A stretch of DNA of 64,000 nucleotides from Candidatus Thorarchaeota archaeon (GTDB lineage: Archaea; Asgardarchaeota; Thorarchaeia; Thorarchaeales; Thorarchaeaceae). Each line of letters starts with the position of its first letter. Position 1 is the stretch's first letter. Made by a program: the position numbers and the translations under genes. The notes under the pieces were generated by a model. The model worked only from the letters and a program-made list of their open reading frames with translations, was not told where the DNA came from and made no database searches. The stretch spans positions 40,901 to 104,900 of the forward strand of contig JBHLRS010000009.1 in NCBI GenBank assembly GCA_048882325.1, in the 5' to 3' direction. This document shows positions 19,888 to 30,893 of this stretch, piece by piece.

Positions 19888-21099
19888 ATGCCGCACGACT
19901 ATGTTGAAGATGAACTCAGTAGGCGTAGTGTCTTCAAATCTGAACAATTCCTATCGATAGACTATGTGCCAGAGAGTCTTCCCCATCGACAGTCCGAGAT
20001 TAGAACACTTGTTCAAAGTTTCAAGACTTTGATCAGTTCACCGGGGCGCACTAGTCACAAGTTCATCATTGAAGGTCCTGTGGGAACAGGGAAGACAGCG
20101 GTGGCTAAGCGGTTTTCTGAACAGATGATTCAAGCTGCAAAGCGGAGAAATATCAGACTCCACAGTATCCATATTAACTGCCGTGTTAACAAGACCGCAT
20201 ATCTCGTTTTTCTTAGAGCTCTAAGGGAGTTCAAACCGAAATTTCCTAGACGTGGTCATTCTCCTGACGAGTTACTACAGATGCTAGTTGAAGTCCTTGA
20301 TGAGGAGGATCGCTATCTCCTTCTGATTCTTGACGAACTTGATTACTTCATTAGGCAAAGGGGATCAGACATTCTCTATGACCTCACAAGACTAATGGAT
20401 GACCGACTAAATGCCACACAGCGCCTCTCAATAATAGGAATTGGTCGTAAGATTCCTCTTGATGATGAAATTCTGGATTCTAGTACACGTAGTACGCTCC
20501 AGCGTAATGTCCTCCGTTTCTCGAGGTATAATCGCGATGCGCTTTCTGACATCCTCACCGACCGTGTAGATATGGCATTTGAGAGTAAGGCAGTCATGGA
20601 TGAAACGATTCAAGTAATCTGTGATATTGCAGCTGAACATGGTGATGCACGATATGCAATTGAACTCCTCTGGCGTGCAGGAAAACGTGCAGATCGTGAC
20701 CGAGTAGATGTTGTAATTCCTGACTATGCCCGTCGTGCAAAAGCTGACACACATCCAGAACTCAGAAAAGAGATTTTTGCTGCATTGCCAACACAACACA
20801 AACTTCTGCTCCTAGCTGCAGCAAGACAGCTTAGGGAAATTCGTAGTGCCTATGTCACCATAGGCGAAGTCGAAGAGATGTATCGTACAATTTGTGAAGA
20901 GTATTATGAAGAACCTAGAGCTCATACTCAGATTTGGGAATGGGTACAAGATCTTCACTCTCATGGTATAATTGATACGAAAAAATCAGGGACAGGACAA
21001 AGAGGACAGACAACTCTCATAGGCTTTTCAGACGTTCCAGCTGAGATGTTGGAGCAATTTCTCTCAGGATTACTTGATACATCTAAGGAGGCTGTGTGA
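19888..21099 (+). CDS. cdc6: Orc1/Cdc6 replication initiator
   Basis: YVPESLPHR, GPVGTGKT, LILDELD, HGDARYAI, C-terminal winged helix. Confidence 0.95.
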   Translation: MPHDYVEDELSRRSVFKSEQFLSIDYVPESLPHRQSEIRTLVQSFKTLISSPGRTSHKFIIEGPVGTGKTAVAKRFSEQMIQAAKRRNIRLHSIHINCRVNKTAYLVFLRALREFKPKFPRRGHSPDELLQMLVEVLDEEDRYLLLILDELDYFIRQRGSDILYDLTRLMDDRLNATQRLSIIGIGRKIPLDDEILDSSTRSTLQRNVLRFSRYNRDALSDILTDRVDMAFESKAVMDETIQVICDIAAEHGDARYAIELLWRAGKRADRDRVDVVIPDYARRAKADTHPELRKEIFAALPTQHKLLLLAAARQLREIRSAYVTIGEVEEMYRTICEEYYEEPRAHTQIWEWVQDLHSHGIIDTKKSGTGQRGQTTLIGFSDVPAEMLEQFLSGLLDTSKEAV

Positions 21100-21105
21100 A
21101 AATAG

Positions 21106-21390
21106 ATGAACGACGATAATGTGTCAAAGATTCCTATAGAGGAGATATTCTCGTCAAGAGGTCGAATCAAAATTCTCAAGGAACTGGCTGCTTCAAATGA
21201 GCTGAATATCTCAGAATTATGTAGGAGAGTAGATCTCAATCATAGCTCTACTAAATCACATCTAGAAGTGTTGTTGAGTTCGGGTCTGATAGAAGAAAAG
21301 AAATTTGGCAGAATCAAAATTTACCGATACAAGATTGAGGACCTCAGAGCACGTTCATTAAGAAGTTTGTTTAATCTTTGGGAGTCATGA
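21106..21390 (+). CDS. ArsR-type winged-helix regulator
   Basis: FSSRGRIKILK...LNISELCRR...HLEVL..SGLIEEKKFGR. Confidence 0.85.
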   Translation: MNDDNVSKIPIEEIFSSRGRIKILKELAASNELNISELCRRVDLNHSSTKSHLEVLLSSGLIEEKKFGRIKIYRYKIEDLRARSLRSLFNLWES

Positions 21391-21404
21391 GAGGGTTCCA
21401 GAAT

Positions 21405-22280
21405 ATGGTTAGCTATCTCTCTCGCCTATTCTATCTTGGTGACAACTATTATGGCTCACAATACCAACCAGGACTTACCACTGTCCAAGGAGAACTAATT
21501 GATGCACTTTCAGATTGGAGTGGAGAGCATCATTCCACCCAAACAGTTCAGATCTCCGGTAGAACCGACAGAGGAGTTCACAGTATTGGTCAGTTAGTGA
21601 TGGTGTCCACGGAAAAACAGTTCAATATTGACAAAATAAATCGGTACCTCCCTGATGACATCATATTATGGGCTTTTACAGTTGCACCTTCTAATTTCGT
21701 GCCTCGCTATGATGTATTGATGCGACACTATCGATACTATCTTGATCAATCTTGGTCACAGGTGAATCTGACATCTGTTAAGAAGGCTGTATCACTTCTT
21801 GTTGGGTCAAATGATTTCAATCGCCTTGCAAAACCTGATGGTGATAGAAACACAGTCACAACAATTCTGAATATATCAATACATGAATTCAACGGATCAT
21901 ACTTTTTAGATATCTTTGGAACTCGATTTCTTTGGAAACTCATTCGTAAAATGATCACTCTGCTCACAGAAATTGGCAAAGAAAGAATCAGACTTGATGC
22001 AATTAATGACATTCTCTCAGGAAAACGAGTTCTTGCAAGTGGCGTTCAGCCAGCACCTCCAGAGAATTTGGTTCTTATGGAATCAGTTGTACCAATTAGG
22101 ATGACGACAAGCAAAAACGCAGTCAGACTAATTCGAACTATGTTGGCGGATCAACTTGGTAGATATAGACGCGCAATTACGACAATCGAAAATGTCAGTG
22201 GTTTCTTTTCTGAACCAAAGATGACTTTTCAACATTCAACCAAGCAGCAAAATCACTCAGACTCTTTGGATTTATCTTGA
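21405..22280 (+). CDS. truA: tRNA pseudouridine(38-40) synthase
   Basis: YLGDNYYGSQYQP, SGRTDRGVHS, FLWKLIRK. Confidence 0.92.
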   Translation: MVSYLSRLFYLGDNYYGSQYQPGLTTVQGELIDALSDWSGEHHSTQTVQISGRTDRGVHSIGQLVMVSTEKQFNIDKINRYLPDDIILWAFTVAPSNFVPRYDVLMRHYRYYLDQSWSQVNLTSVKKAVSLLVGSNDFNRLAKPDGDRNTVTTILNISIHEFNGSYFLDIFGTRFLWKLIRKMITLLTEIGKERIRLDAINDILSGKRVLASGVQPAPPENLVLMESVVPIRMTTSKNAVRLIRTMLADQLGRYRRAITTIENVSGFFSEPKMTFQHSTKQQNHSDSLDLS

Positions 22281-23415
22281 TAATCTCATGAATAACATCA
22301 AGATGAGTACTTCTTACTCTCCTTTTTGAAACTCCTGTGAGAGAAGATAGGGCGCTACGAACCTCAGACTGTTTGTCGCGTTTTCTATTCCCTTGCCAAA
22401 CTAATAATGGCCATGTGGGTTGTGAATACTTAACTCGCCGGAATGGTGATTCAGATCGACTCATTGCCACTCCCAGTGAAAGGAAATCGTAAAAGTATGC
22501 AAGAAGTTTCCAGTTCTGGTCTCTCATAATTCTTCCAAGCGTCATATCAGCAAGAGAGAGCTGTTCAAACCCCTCATCCAGTTCTTTTGGAGTTAAAAGA
22601 TGAAGATGAAGGTTCTCTTCTAGCCATAGCACCAATGAATCGTGGTTAAGCTCAGATTCAGATACTGCTCTTTTTGCCATTTTAGAATCAGCTGATGCAA
22701 ACAGATGCCAGAGTGTTTCTTCTGTTCCTCTTTTTGAATCTCTAAAGACTGTCTCTATTGCTGAAGATGTCAAACCACTTCTTACATGTGACTCCAAATC
22801 AGAGATTGCAGCACGCAGGTCACCTCCAGAACCTTCGATAATCTCATCCAGAACGTCACTTGAAACATCCGCCTTGTTTTCAGATAATATGCGTTTCAAG
22901 ACCTTTTCCATGTCGTCGTTATCGATAAGACCGAAATTGAAGACTTGACATACCTTCATCAAGTCCTTGAGACGTGGACTGTTCGGATCATTTGCAGTCA
23001 TCACAATCGGATGAACTGTATCTTTGATCACCTTCAAGATTGCACCAACGCCACCTCTGTCGCTAGTCCCAGAGAGACCATCAACTTCATCAAGCAGTAT
23101 AATTCGTGGTCTGCCATCAAGAGTTTGTTGAGATACGGCTCGCCAAACAAGTGTTTCAATACTATCCTTGTTCCTTTTATCACTCGAATTGAATTCTACA
23201 AGTTCCATATTCATTTCATTTGCTAATGCGCCTACTGACGCTGTCTTTCCTGTTCCTGGAGGACCAATTAGGAGTGCTGCTCTCTTACTCGGTATCTGTG
23301 ATGACCATGATTTAACCCATGTTTTGAGTGATGTCAGAGTTTCTTGATTTCCAACAAGACTGTCCGTTTTTTTCGGACGATGTTTCTCGGGCCAAGGTAG
23401 ACTTTCGTTGGTCAT
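22195..23415 (-). CDS. rfcL: Replication factor C large subunit
   Basis: WPEKHRP, GPPGTGKT, EFNSSDKR, LLDEVDG. Confidence 0.93.
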   Translation of the reverse strand: MTNESLPWPEKHRPKKTDSLVGNQETLTSLKTWVKSWSSQIPSKRAALLIGPPGTGKTASVGALANEMNMELVEFNSSDKRNKDSIETLVWRAVSQQTLDGRPRIILLDEVDGLSGTSDRGGVGAILKVIKDTVHPIVMTANDPNSPRLKDLMKVCQVFNFGLIDNDDMEKVLKRILSENKADVSSDVLDEIIEGSGGDLRAAISDLESHVRSGLTSSAIETVFRDSKRGTEETLWHLFASADSKMAKRAVSESELNHDSLVLWLEENLHLHLLTPKELDEGFEQLSLADMTLGRIMRDQNWKLLAYFYDFLSLGVAMSRSESPFRRVKYSQPTWPLLVWQGNRKRDKQSEVRSALSSLTGVSKRRVRSTHLDVIHEIIKINPKSLSDFAAWLNVEKSSLVQKRNH

Positions 23416-24371
23416 TCCGAATCACTACCAAATCCTAACCGAGCTAATAGTGATGAGAGCTGTATCTCACCATTAGCCCCTTCGCCAACTCGAAATTCTA
23501 TCTCTGCCGTTTGATCAAGTATATCCATTCGTTTTCGATTATCTAGACCGAGACTCTCAATCTCTCGATGCATTTGTTTCACTAAATCCACAGGCGATAC
23601 TCCTTGTTGATAGATAAGATTCCTAAGACTGTCAAGTGATTCGAGGTAGTTACCCTCTTTAGCATCGCTAAGCATTTTTCTCACAATTTCGGGACTAGCT
23701 CTGCCTGATATTGAATAAACAATCTCATCGGTCACTTTCTGACCTGTTGATGATGCGGCTTGAAGAAGGTTGATAGCTGCTCTCATATCACCCTCAGCAA
23801 GATACAAGATTGCTTCAGTTCCAGCTGCAAGAAGACTCACTCCTTCCGCCTTAGAAATAAACTTGAGCCTGCTTGCTATATCCTCATTATCAAGTCGAGA
23901 GAATCGAAATATTGCACATCTTGATTGGATAGGTGGAATGATACGACTAGAGTAATTACAAATCAATACCATTCGACATGAGGAAGCATAGGACTCCATG
24001 GTTCGTCTCAGAGCATGCTGAGCATCTGCGGTGAGATGGTCGGCTTCATCAAGAATAAGTATCTTGAATGGTGCATCGCCTGATGGCATAGTTCTTGCAA
24101 AATTCTTGATCTGATTTCGCACAACGTCAATACCTCGTTCGTCACTAGCATTTAGCTCCATGAAATTTCTTTCAAATGTGTCACCAAAGAGATCTCTTGC
24201 CATTGCCATTGCTGCAGTAGTCTTACTTGTTCCTGGTGGTCCTGCAAACAAACAATGAGGTACTGCTTTGGTTTCTACAAATTTCTTCAAGCTCTCTACT
24301 AATGATTCTTGACCTATTATCTCGCCAAGAGTCGGAGGCCGATACTTTTCAGTCCACAGGTCCAAATCCAT
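23412..24371 (-). CDS. rfcS: Replication factor C small subunit
   Basis: WTEKYRP, ELNASDERG, LDEADHLT, IQSRC. Confidence 0.95.
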   Translation of the reverse strand: MDLDLWTEKYRPPTLGEIIGQESLVESLKKFVETKAVPHCLFAGPPGTSKTTAAMAMARDLFGDTFERNFMELNASDERGIDVVRNQIKNFARTMPSGDAPFKILILDEADHLTADAQHALRRTMESYASSCRMVLICNYSSRIIPPIQSRCAIFRFSRLDNEDIASRLKFISKAEGVSLLAAGTEAILYLAEGDMRAAINLLQAASSTGQKVTDEIVYSISGRASPEIVRKMLSDAKEGNYLESLDSLRNLIYQQGVSPVDLVKQMHREIESLGLDNRKRMDILDQTAEIEFRVGEGANGEIQLSSLLARLGFGSDSE

Positions 24372-24601
24372 TTGTTGTTTCCATCCATTATTGATGAATA
24401 GGTTGCCAGCAGCACTGGTCAAATCTATAACGACTCTTTCTTTGCGCCTTAAAAGATTCTCTGGCAACACAACTATTTCTCACAGACAAAGCATAGGATT
24501 AATCACTCTGGCTCGTAATCATAGAGCAAGGGCTTTATCTCGGCACGGTAAGAATGAGGTGTGGAAATTTCATGAAGCTTTGTAGTGAAGCAAAAGAGGA
24601 A

Positions 24602-25129
24602 ATGAAACGCTTTGAAATGATGTTTCTTAATGAAACTCGAGAGTGTATATTCCAAAAGCCAATATCTAGGATTGTCGTTGGCGGAACCAAACTTGGTCCT
24701 TTCAAGAAAGGAGACCGTGTCACCTTTCCTAATTGGGTAATAGAACAGTTTCTGAAACATGACTTAGTAGACATTGTACCTGAGGACGCCTATGACTCGC
24801 TAAGACGACTTCAGAATCTCTATCGAGAAGAAGAGAAGCAACCGCACAAGCTACAGACATTTCAACCATATCTCTATACTGCGCTCAGCAGGAAAATACT
24901 TCGATTGCAAAGTGACAGAACATCGATAGATCCGAGAAAGTACGACGAGATTGAAAGACTGCAGCGTATGCTTCCATTTTTGGTCGAAACTAGATTATCA
25001 AAGATACTTCGAGTTGCCAAATCTGGTGCTTACCAAGACAAGAGAAAACAGATGGCTCATGAGGAGCGATGGCTGTGCGAAGAGCTGATTAGTTTACTCT
25101 CTGGATGGCGCCAAAACATCATGGAATGA
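24602..25129 (+). CDS. GINS subunit, B-A domain order (Gins23/Psf2-like)
   Basis: N-terminal LGPFKKGDRVTFPNW B-domain, RLSKIL helix, EERW; directly upstream of mcm. Confidence 0.8.
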   Translation: MKRFEMMFLNETRECIFQKPISRIVVGGTKLGPFKKGDRVTFPNWVIEQFLKHDLVDIVPEDAYDSLRRLQNLYREEEKQPHKLQTFQPYLYTALSRKILRLQSDRTSIDPRKYDEIERLQRMLPFLVETRLSKILRVAKSGAYQDKRKQMAHEERWLCEELISLLSGWRQNIME

Positions 25130-25221
25130 ACAATTAGTATTAGTGCCCTTAAATACAAGTCAAAAAGAACAAGGAGTCGAATACTGACAAACGAAAATGA
25201 ACGATATCGAGGCTGAGAAAA

Positions 25222-27282
25222 ATGTCAGATGAACAAGAAAGATTCGAAGAGTTCCTAAGAACCTACAAAGATGAACAGGGAACTCTGACTTATTGGTCAA
25301 GAATCCAACAAATGTCAATTAATGATGAAATTTCACTCACTATCGATTTTCAGGATTTGACAAGCTTTGATAATGTATTCATGGCACTAGCAGCGGAAGA
25401 CCCTCAGAAATTTTTGGAGTTGTCTGACAATGCTCTAATTTCAGTTCTTCGAATAGAGGACCCTGATTATGTTAACAGCCTCGATGTCAGTTTCATAAAG
25501 ACACGGTTTGTCAATTATCCTGATCATGTAGCTCTTCGTGCGCTTCGTTCGCGGCATATTGGAAAACTGATCCATATCAGTGGTATCATGATGAGAGCCA
25601 GTGAGGTCAAGCCATTACTGGTTCAAGCTATGTTCCTGTGCAGAATCTGTCAGGCTGAGATTCCTCAACCACAGGAAGAAGGAAGATATACTGAACCAGC
25701 ATTGTGTCCTGTTTGTACAAAGAAGACGCCTATGCGTCTGATTCCTCAGAAATCACAGTTTAAGGACTGGCAGAAAGTACGAATCCAAGAATCACCGGAA
25801 GAACTCCCTCCTGGACAAATGCCTCGTTCAGTTGATGTCATCTTGGAGGGGGATATCGTAGATATTTCTCGTCCTGGGGAACTTGTCAAGGTGACTGGAA
25901 CCCTTCAAACATCTCCTGACTTCTCAAGAAGAGGTGGAAAACTAGCAACTTTCAACGTCTTCATTGAAGCAAATGGAGTAGAAATATCTGAAAAGGAATA
26001 CGAGCAGCTTGAGATATCAGAGGATGATGAGAAGCTGATAAAGGAACTTGCTGAGGACCCATATGTACATGAAAGAATATTCGCATCGATAGCCCCTTCA
26101 ATACAGGGTCATGAACATATCAAAGAATCAATTGCGCTGCTCCTCTTTGGAGGGGTTGGGAAGACGCTCCCCGATGGTACACGCCTTCGAGGCAAGTCAA
26201 ACATTCTGATGATTGGAGACCCTGGAACAGGAAAAAGCCAGATTCTCAAGTTTGTTTCTGGACTAGCAGCTCGAGGATTATACACATCTGGGAAAGGGAC
26301 TACTGCAGCCGGACTCACTGCAGCTGTTGTTCATGATACTGAATCTGGTGCTATGACTTTGGAAGCTGGGGCACTGGTTCTATCCGATCAGGGAGTTGCA
26401 TGCATAGATGAATTTGACAAAATGGACCCCAATGATCGCACTGCAATACATGAAGCTATGGAGCAGCACACAGTAAGCATCGCAAAAGCTGGAATTGTTG
26501 CAACTTTGAATGCAAGAACCTCTATTCTTGCAGCTGCCAACCCTACCTTAGGACGATATGAATCTTCACTCTCTGTTCAAGATAATATCAGACTACCATT
26601 CACTATTCTTTCAAGGTTTGATTTGATTTGGATTCTGGTGGACACTGTCGAAGCAACAAGAGACCGTGAGCTTGCACAGTTCATTCTTAATATGCATCAA
26701 ATGAAGAAGGAAAAAGGTCAGACTGCAACACCCACTATTGCTCCTGAGTTCTTGAAAAAGTACATAGGATATGCAAATCGATACGTCATACCCCAGTTAA
26801 CACCGGAAGCCGCAGAAGTAATCGAGAACTTCTATGTTGACCTCCGGAAGAGTGCAGAAGGAGGAGCCTCACCAGTACCAATCACAGCACGTCAACTGGA
26901 ATCACTTGTTCGTCTATCTGAGGCGAGAGCACGCATGGCCTTACGGACCAAAGTTACCAAGGAAGATGCTCAAGCAGCCATTAGACTCATGGAAGAATCC
27001 TTGCGGATGGTAGCACTTGATAGAATAACGGGGAAGATCGATATCGATCGTCTTGTATCTAAGATGAGTGCATCACAACGTAGCTCATCAGATATAATCA
27101 TCAAAGCAATTCGTGATATGGAGGCTGAAGGGACCTCGACTGTGAACAGGGACGCTCTGATTCAGAGAGCAGTTTCGATGGGTCTACCTCGTGAACGTGC
27201 TGAAGAGGTTATTGAGAAACTGTTAGCTGAAGGGATTCTGTATAGTCCACGCGAAGGCAAAATAAGACACTCTCAGAGCTAG
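25222..27282 (+). CDS. mcm: MCM replicative helicase
   Basis: Zn finger, GDPGTGKSQ, IDEFDKM, SRFD, ITARQLE. Confidence 0.97.
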   Translation: MSDEQERFEEFLRTYKDEQGTLTYWSRIQQMSINDEISLTIDFQDLTSFDNVFMALAAEDPQKFLELSDNALISVLRIEDPDYVNSLDVSFIKTRFVNYPDHVALRALRSRHIGKLIHISGIMMRASEVKPLLVQAMFLCRICQAEIPQPQEEGRYTEPALCPVCTKKTPMRLIPQKSQFKDWQKVRIQESPEELPPGQMPRSVDVILEGDIVDISRPGELVKVTGTLQTSPDFSRRGGKLATFNVFIEANGVEISEKEYEQLEISEDDEKLIKELAEDPYVHERIFASIAPSIQGHEHIKESIALLLFGGVGKTLPDGTRLRGKSNILMIGDPGTGKSQILKFVSGLAARGLYTSGKGTTAAGLTAAVVHDTESGAMTLEAGALVLSDQGVACIDEFDKMDPNDRTAIHEAMEQHTVSIAKAGIVATLNARTSILAAANPTLGRYESSLSVQDNIRLPFTILSRFDLIWILVDTVEATRDRELAQFILNMHQMKKEKGQTATPTIAPEFLKKYIGYANRYVIPQLTPEAAEVIENFYVDLRKSAEGGASPVPITARQLESLVRLSEARARMALRTKVTKEDAQAAIRLMEESLRMVALDRITGKIDIDRLVSKMSASQRSSSDIIIKAIRDMEAEGTSTVNRDALIQRAVSMGLPRERAEEVIEKLLAEGILYSPREGKIRHSQS

Positions 27283-27310
27283 GTCATATCGCACTGCGGA
27301 GAGGAAGAAT

Positions 27311-29542
27311 ATTCGACTGGAAGAACTAGATATCAACAAGAGAATAATCACACACCTTGAATCTCAAGGAATTTCTGATCTTTTTCCTCCACAGGCTAGT
27401 GCATTTAAAACAGGAGTTCTTGAGGGAAAAAATCTCGTTCTAGCAATACCAACTAGTTCAGGTAAGACACTTGTTGCAGAGATTTGCATGTTGAAAGCTA
27501 TACTTGATGGCAGAGGTAAAGCATTGTATCTTGTACCACTAAAATCATTGGCTCGTGAGAAATATGCGGAGTTCAAGAGATACGAGTCTCTGGGTATCAC
27601 CACATCAATGTCAGTAGGTGATTATGACTCGCCTGGAACTCGTTTGAGTGAAGCAGATATTGTGATTGTGACGACTGAAAGAGCTGACTCTTTGGTCCGT
27701 CATAAGGCTGAATGGATTGATGATGTTGGAATTGTCATCGCTGATGAAATCCATCTCATCAACGATTCAAAAAGAGGACCCACACTAGAGATGGTTCTGG
27801 CAAAGCTCACTCAATTAGTGGAAGACATTCAGATTGTGGCATTAAGTGCAACAATATCAAATGCGAGTCTAATTGCTGAATGGCTTGAAGCTGAGCTTGT
27901 GCGGGATACATGGAGACCAGTACCTCTACATGAAGGGGTCTATCTTGATGGGAAAATCAGTTTTTATCGAGATGGAAAAAACAAACCACGGAAGGTCAAT
28001 AGAACAAGAAAAGAAGAGCTGGCAGATGTTGTCTGTGATACACTTGATGAAGGTGGACAGGTTCTAGTTTTCGTTTCAAGTCGTCGATCAGCAGTTGCAG
28101 TTGCAAAGAAACTTGCACCCTTTCTACGACGATATATTTCCGACGAAGTAATGCGTAAGCTCTCCAAAGGAGCGACTAAGATTGGAGGAACTCCTTCTGC
28201 GCCTGAAGCCTCTAAGACCCTAGCGCGGTTAATAGCGAACGGAGCTGCATTTCATCATGCAGGTCTTGACAATCAGGAACGTGCTCTGGTGGAGGACTAT
28301 TTCAAAGATGACTTGTTGAAAGTGATTGTTGCGACTCCGACACTTGCAGCTGGCGTGAACCTTCCTTCAAGACGTGTTATTATTCGTGATTACAGACGGT
28401 ACGAGTCTGACCGTGGAAGCTACCCAATTCCAGTTCTTGAATACAAACAAATGGCTGGAAGAGCAGGTAGGCCCAAATATGATGACTATGGAGAAGCTGT
28501 TCTCATAGCCCGGACAGAACCGGAACATGATTTTCTAATTGATAATTATACGCTTTCAGAGCCCGAGGAAATTACTTCTAAACTAGCCTCCCCCCGAGCA
28601 GTTCGGGTTCACATCTTGGCATCAATAGCAGCCGAAATGACCAGAAACCGTGAAGAGATAGACTCTCTGATGGCAGGGACTTTCTTCTCACGTCAGTTTG
28701 ATCAATGGGAAATCAATCATCATGTTTCTTCGGCTCTGGGATTTCTTAAAGAAGGAGGGCTCGTAGACTCAACATCAGATAACTCGTATATTGCTACACC
28801 TCTTGGAAGAAGGACCTCGCAGTTGTATATTGACCCCTTCACAACAATCCTGTTTCGTGATGTCCTGTCAGGAACTGACAAACACAGCATCTTTGGAGTT
28901 TTACATTTATTATGTCATACACCAGACCAAGCCCTTACATACGTGACGAGCTCAGAAACTGAAGAGTATGAAATCGCTGTAGACGAACATCTTGATGAAC
29001 TCATGATTGAACCACCTATTGAAGAAGATCCTCGAACCTACTCGGAATTCCTTGCACAAATTAAGACAGCAGCACTACTCCAAGATTGGATTTCAGAGAA
29101 AACTGAGAAAGATATCACAGAACAGTATAATGTAGGAATGGGAGATGTTCATAGATTCGTTCAGACTGCAGAATGGTTGGCATATGCAGCATCGGAGATT
29201 TCGAGAATAGCCAATGCAACTAGCCATGTCCCATTTCTCCATAATCTGCGATCACGGCTTCGATATGGAGTACGCTCAGATATTCTGGAACTTGTTGGTC
29301 TTAGAGGTGTTGGACGTGTCAGAGGTAGAATGCTCCACAATCATAATTTGGTCAACCTACCGGATTTATACAAAGTTCCAATAGAAGAACTTGCAAGAAT
29401 ACCAGCTATCGGTTCAGCGATAGCAGAGTCAATTAAGAAGCAACTAGGTTTTGATGTAAAGCTGACTGGTTCTGATGGAGAAGTAGTAGCTAACGATGAT
29501 GATATTGATTCAATGCAGACCTTGTTGGAGGACTATGACTGA
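27311..29542 (+). CDS. hel308: Hel308/Hjm SF2 helicase (non-canonical ATT or CTG start inferred)
   Basis: Q motif LFPPQ and Walker A PTSSGKT lie upstream of the first ATG; DEIH, QMAGRAGR, RLRYGV. Confidence 0.92.
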   Translation: MRLEELDINKRIITHLESQGISDLFPPQASAFKTGVLEGKNLVLAIPTSSGKTLVAEICMLKAILDGRGKALYLVPLKSLAREKYAEFKRYESLGITTSMSVGDYDSPGTRLSEADIVIVTTERADSLVRHKAEWIDDVGIVIADEIHLINDSKRGPTLEMVLAKLTQLVEDIQIVALSATISNASLIAEWLEAELVRDTWRPVPLHEGVYLDGKISFYRDGKNKPRKVNRTRKEELADVVCDTLDEGGQVLVFVSSRRSAVAVAKKLAPFLRRYISDEVMRKLSKGATKIGGTPSAPEASKTLARLIANGAAFHHAGLDNQERALVEDYFKDDLLKVIVATPTLAAGVNLPSRRVIIRDYRRYESDRGSYPIPVLEYKQMAGRAGRPKYDDYGEAVLIARTEPEHDFLIDNYTLSEPEEITSKLASPRAVRVHILASIAAEMTRNREEIDSLMAGTFFSRQFDQWEINHHVSSALGFLKEGGLVDSTSDNSYIATPLGRRTSQLYIDPFTTILFRDVLSGTDKHSIFGVLHLLCHTPDQALTYVTSSETEEYEIAVDEHLDELMIEPPIEEDPRTYSEFLAQIKTAALLQDWISEKTEKDITEQYNVGMGDVHRFVQTAEWLAYAASEISRIANATSHVPFLHNLRSRLRYGVRSDILELVGLRGVGRVRGRMLHNHNLVNLPDLYKVPIEELARIPAIGSAIAESIKKQLGFDVKLTGSDGEVVANDDDIDSMQTLLEDYD

Positions 29543-30336
29543 ATTCTTGTACAAACAGTCGATTCTTTTTGAAGTAGAGATTTGAGACGATCAGGAACTG
29601 TAAGGTTAAAGATGATGATCTCCCGATTCTGTTTGGTGAGTTCTAGAAGCTCACTGAGTTTCTTTGCCATACCGCCAGTGACATCAGTATTGGTAGAGGG
29701 TCCAGCCTTTGAAAGAATAGAGTCCATGTTTTCTTGATTGATTACAGGAATGTGTTTTGCAGATGGATTCAGTTTTGGATTGTCATCCATAACTCCATCC
29801 ACGTCTGTTCCAATGAGGATTGTTTCTGCGTCCATCTGTTCCGCAAGATAGACTGCAATCGTATCGCCGCTAAGTATGGAAGCTGTACTTTCTTCATCAA
29901 AACAGACATCTCCATGTGTCACCACAACAAGTCCATTGTCCAGTGCTTTTTGAATTATGTTTGTGGGAAAGTCTTGTATCAACCCATTTTTTAGTATAGT
30001 AGTGCAGAATGGAGGAATAACAACTGCTGGAATACATTCTCCATTTAGACTAGTTTCTACAGCCATCGCAAGCTCCGACATGTTGTGACGTATTGGTGCG
30101 ATGCCTTTCAAGAGAAGGTCTTTGGGACTTTTAGGGTCGCCATAACCATGCGAATGTGCAGCTTGGTGACCATGAGCTCCACCACCAAGAACAAGGATCA
30201 GCTCCCCTTGCCGTGTCTGAAGCTCTCTTGCTATGCGAGCTAGGTTCTCCTCGTTGACCTTTGGAGGTGATGAATCCTTGAAAGTAATTACGGATCCACC
30301 TAGTTTCACAATTGTGAGTGATTTCAATAACACCAC
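29533..30336 (-). CDS. Isopentenyl phosphate kinase (amino-acid kinase family)
   Basis: KLGGSVIT, GAHGH, HGDV, ILSGD, DVTGGM. Confidence 0.85.
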   Translation of the reverse strand: MVLLKSLTIVKLGGSVITFKDSSPPKVNEENLARIARELQTRQGELILVLGGGAHGHQAAHSHGYGDPKSPKDLLLKGIAPIRHNMSELAMAVETSLNGECIPAVVIPPFCTTILKNGLIQDFPTNIIQKALDNGLVVVTHGDVCFDEESTASILSGDTIAVYLAEQMDAETILIGTDVDGVMDDNPKLNPSAKHIPVINQENMDSILSKAGPSTNTDVTGGMAKKLSELLELTKQNREIIIFNLTVPDRLKSLLQKESTVCTRIQS

Positions 30337-30472
30337 ATATTGTCAAAGTGTGGGGCATGCTTATGGACGTTGCTTTTCTTAAGAGCTGAATTTTGTCACA
30401 CACAAGACAAGGTTTTTATCCGGTTCAGATTTGGAAACGTCGGACACCTCGCTTAAATTGAGGGATTCTTAA

Positions 30473-30784
30473 ATGACTCAAAGAGCAAGAATCAGATTAT
30501 CTAGCACAAGTACAGAACACCTAGATGGTGTGTGTAATCAAATTAAGAGGATTACTCGCAAGACAGGTGTCCGAATGGCTGGGCCTATTCCTTTGCCTAC
30601 TCGTAGAATGGTCATACCCACAAGAAAGACCCCATGTGGTCAGGGATCTGAGTCTTGGGACAAGTGGGAGATGAGGGTTCACAAGCGTCTAATCGATATT
30701 GATGCAGATGAACGAGCAATTCGTCAGATAATGCGTGTTAGGATTCCCGATTCTGTATACATCGAAATAGAGCTGACTGGATAA
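30473..30784 (+). CDS. rps10: 30S ribosomal protein uS10
   Basis: [30 protein letters not shown]. Confidence 0.98.
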   Translation: MTQRARIRLSSTSTEHLDGVCNQIKRITRKTGVRMAGPIPLPTRRMVIPTRKTPCGQGSESWDKWEMRVHKRLIDIDADERAIRQIMRVRIPDSVYIEIELTG

Positions 30785-30893
30785 GTTGTACTTACCCTAG
30801 CAATTCTTACTTTATTGTACAAACTTAGTTGAATACAAACCCTTTTTGCACAATTCTACAAGAGAGTTCTACTACTCATGAGGTCTCTCAGAG

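Noticed and set aside
30473-30784. Stand-alone rps10, atpD and korA away from their usual operons
   Set aside because: Operon fragmentation is common in TACK and Asgard genomes
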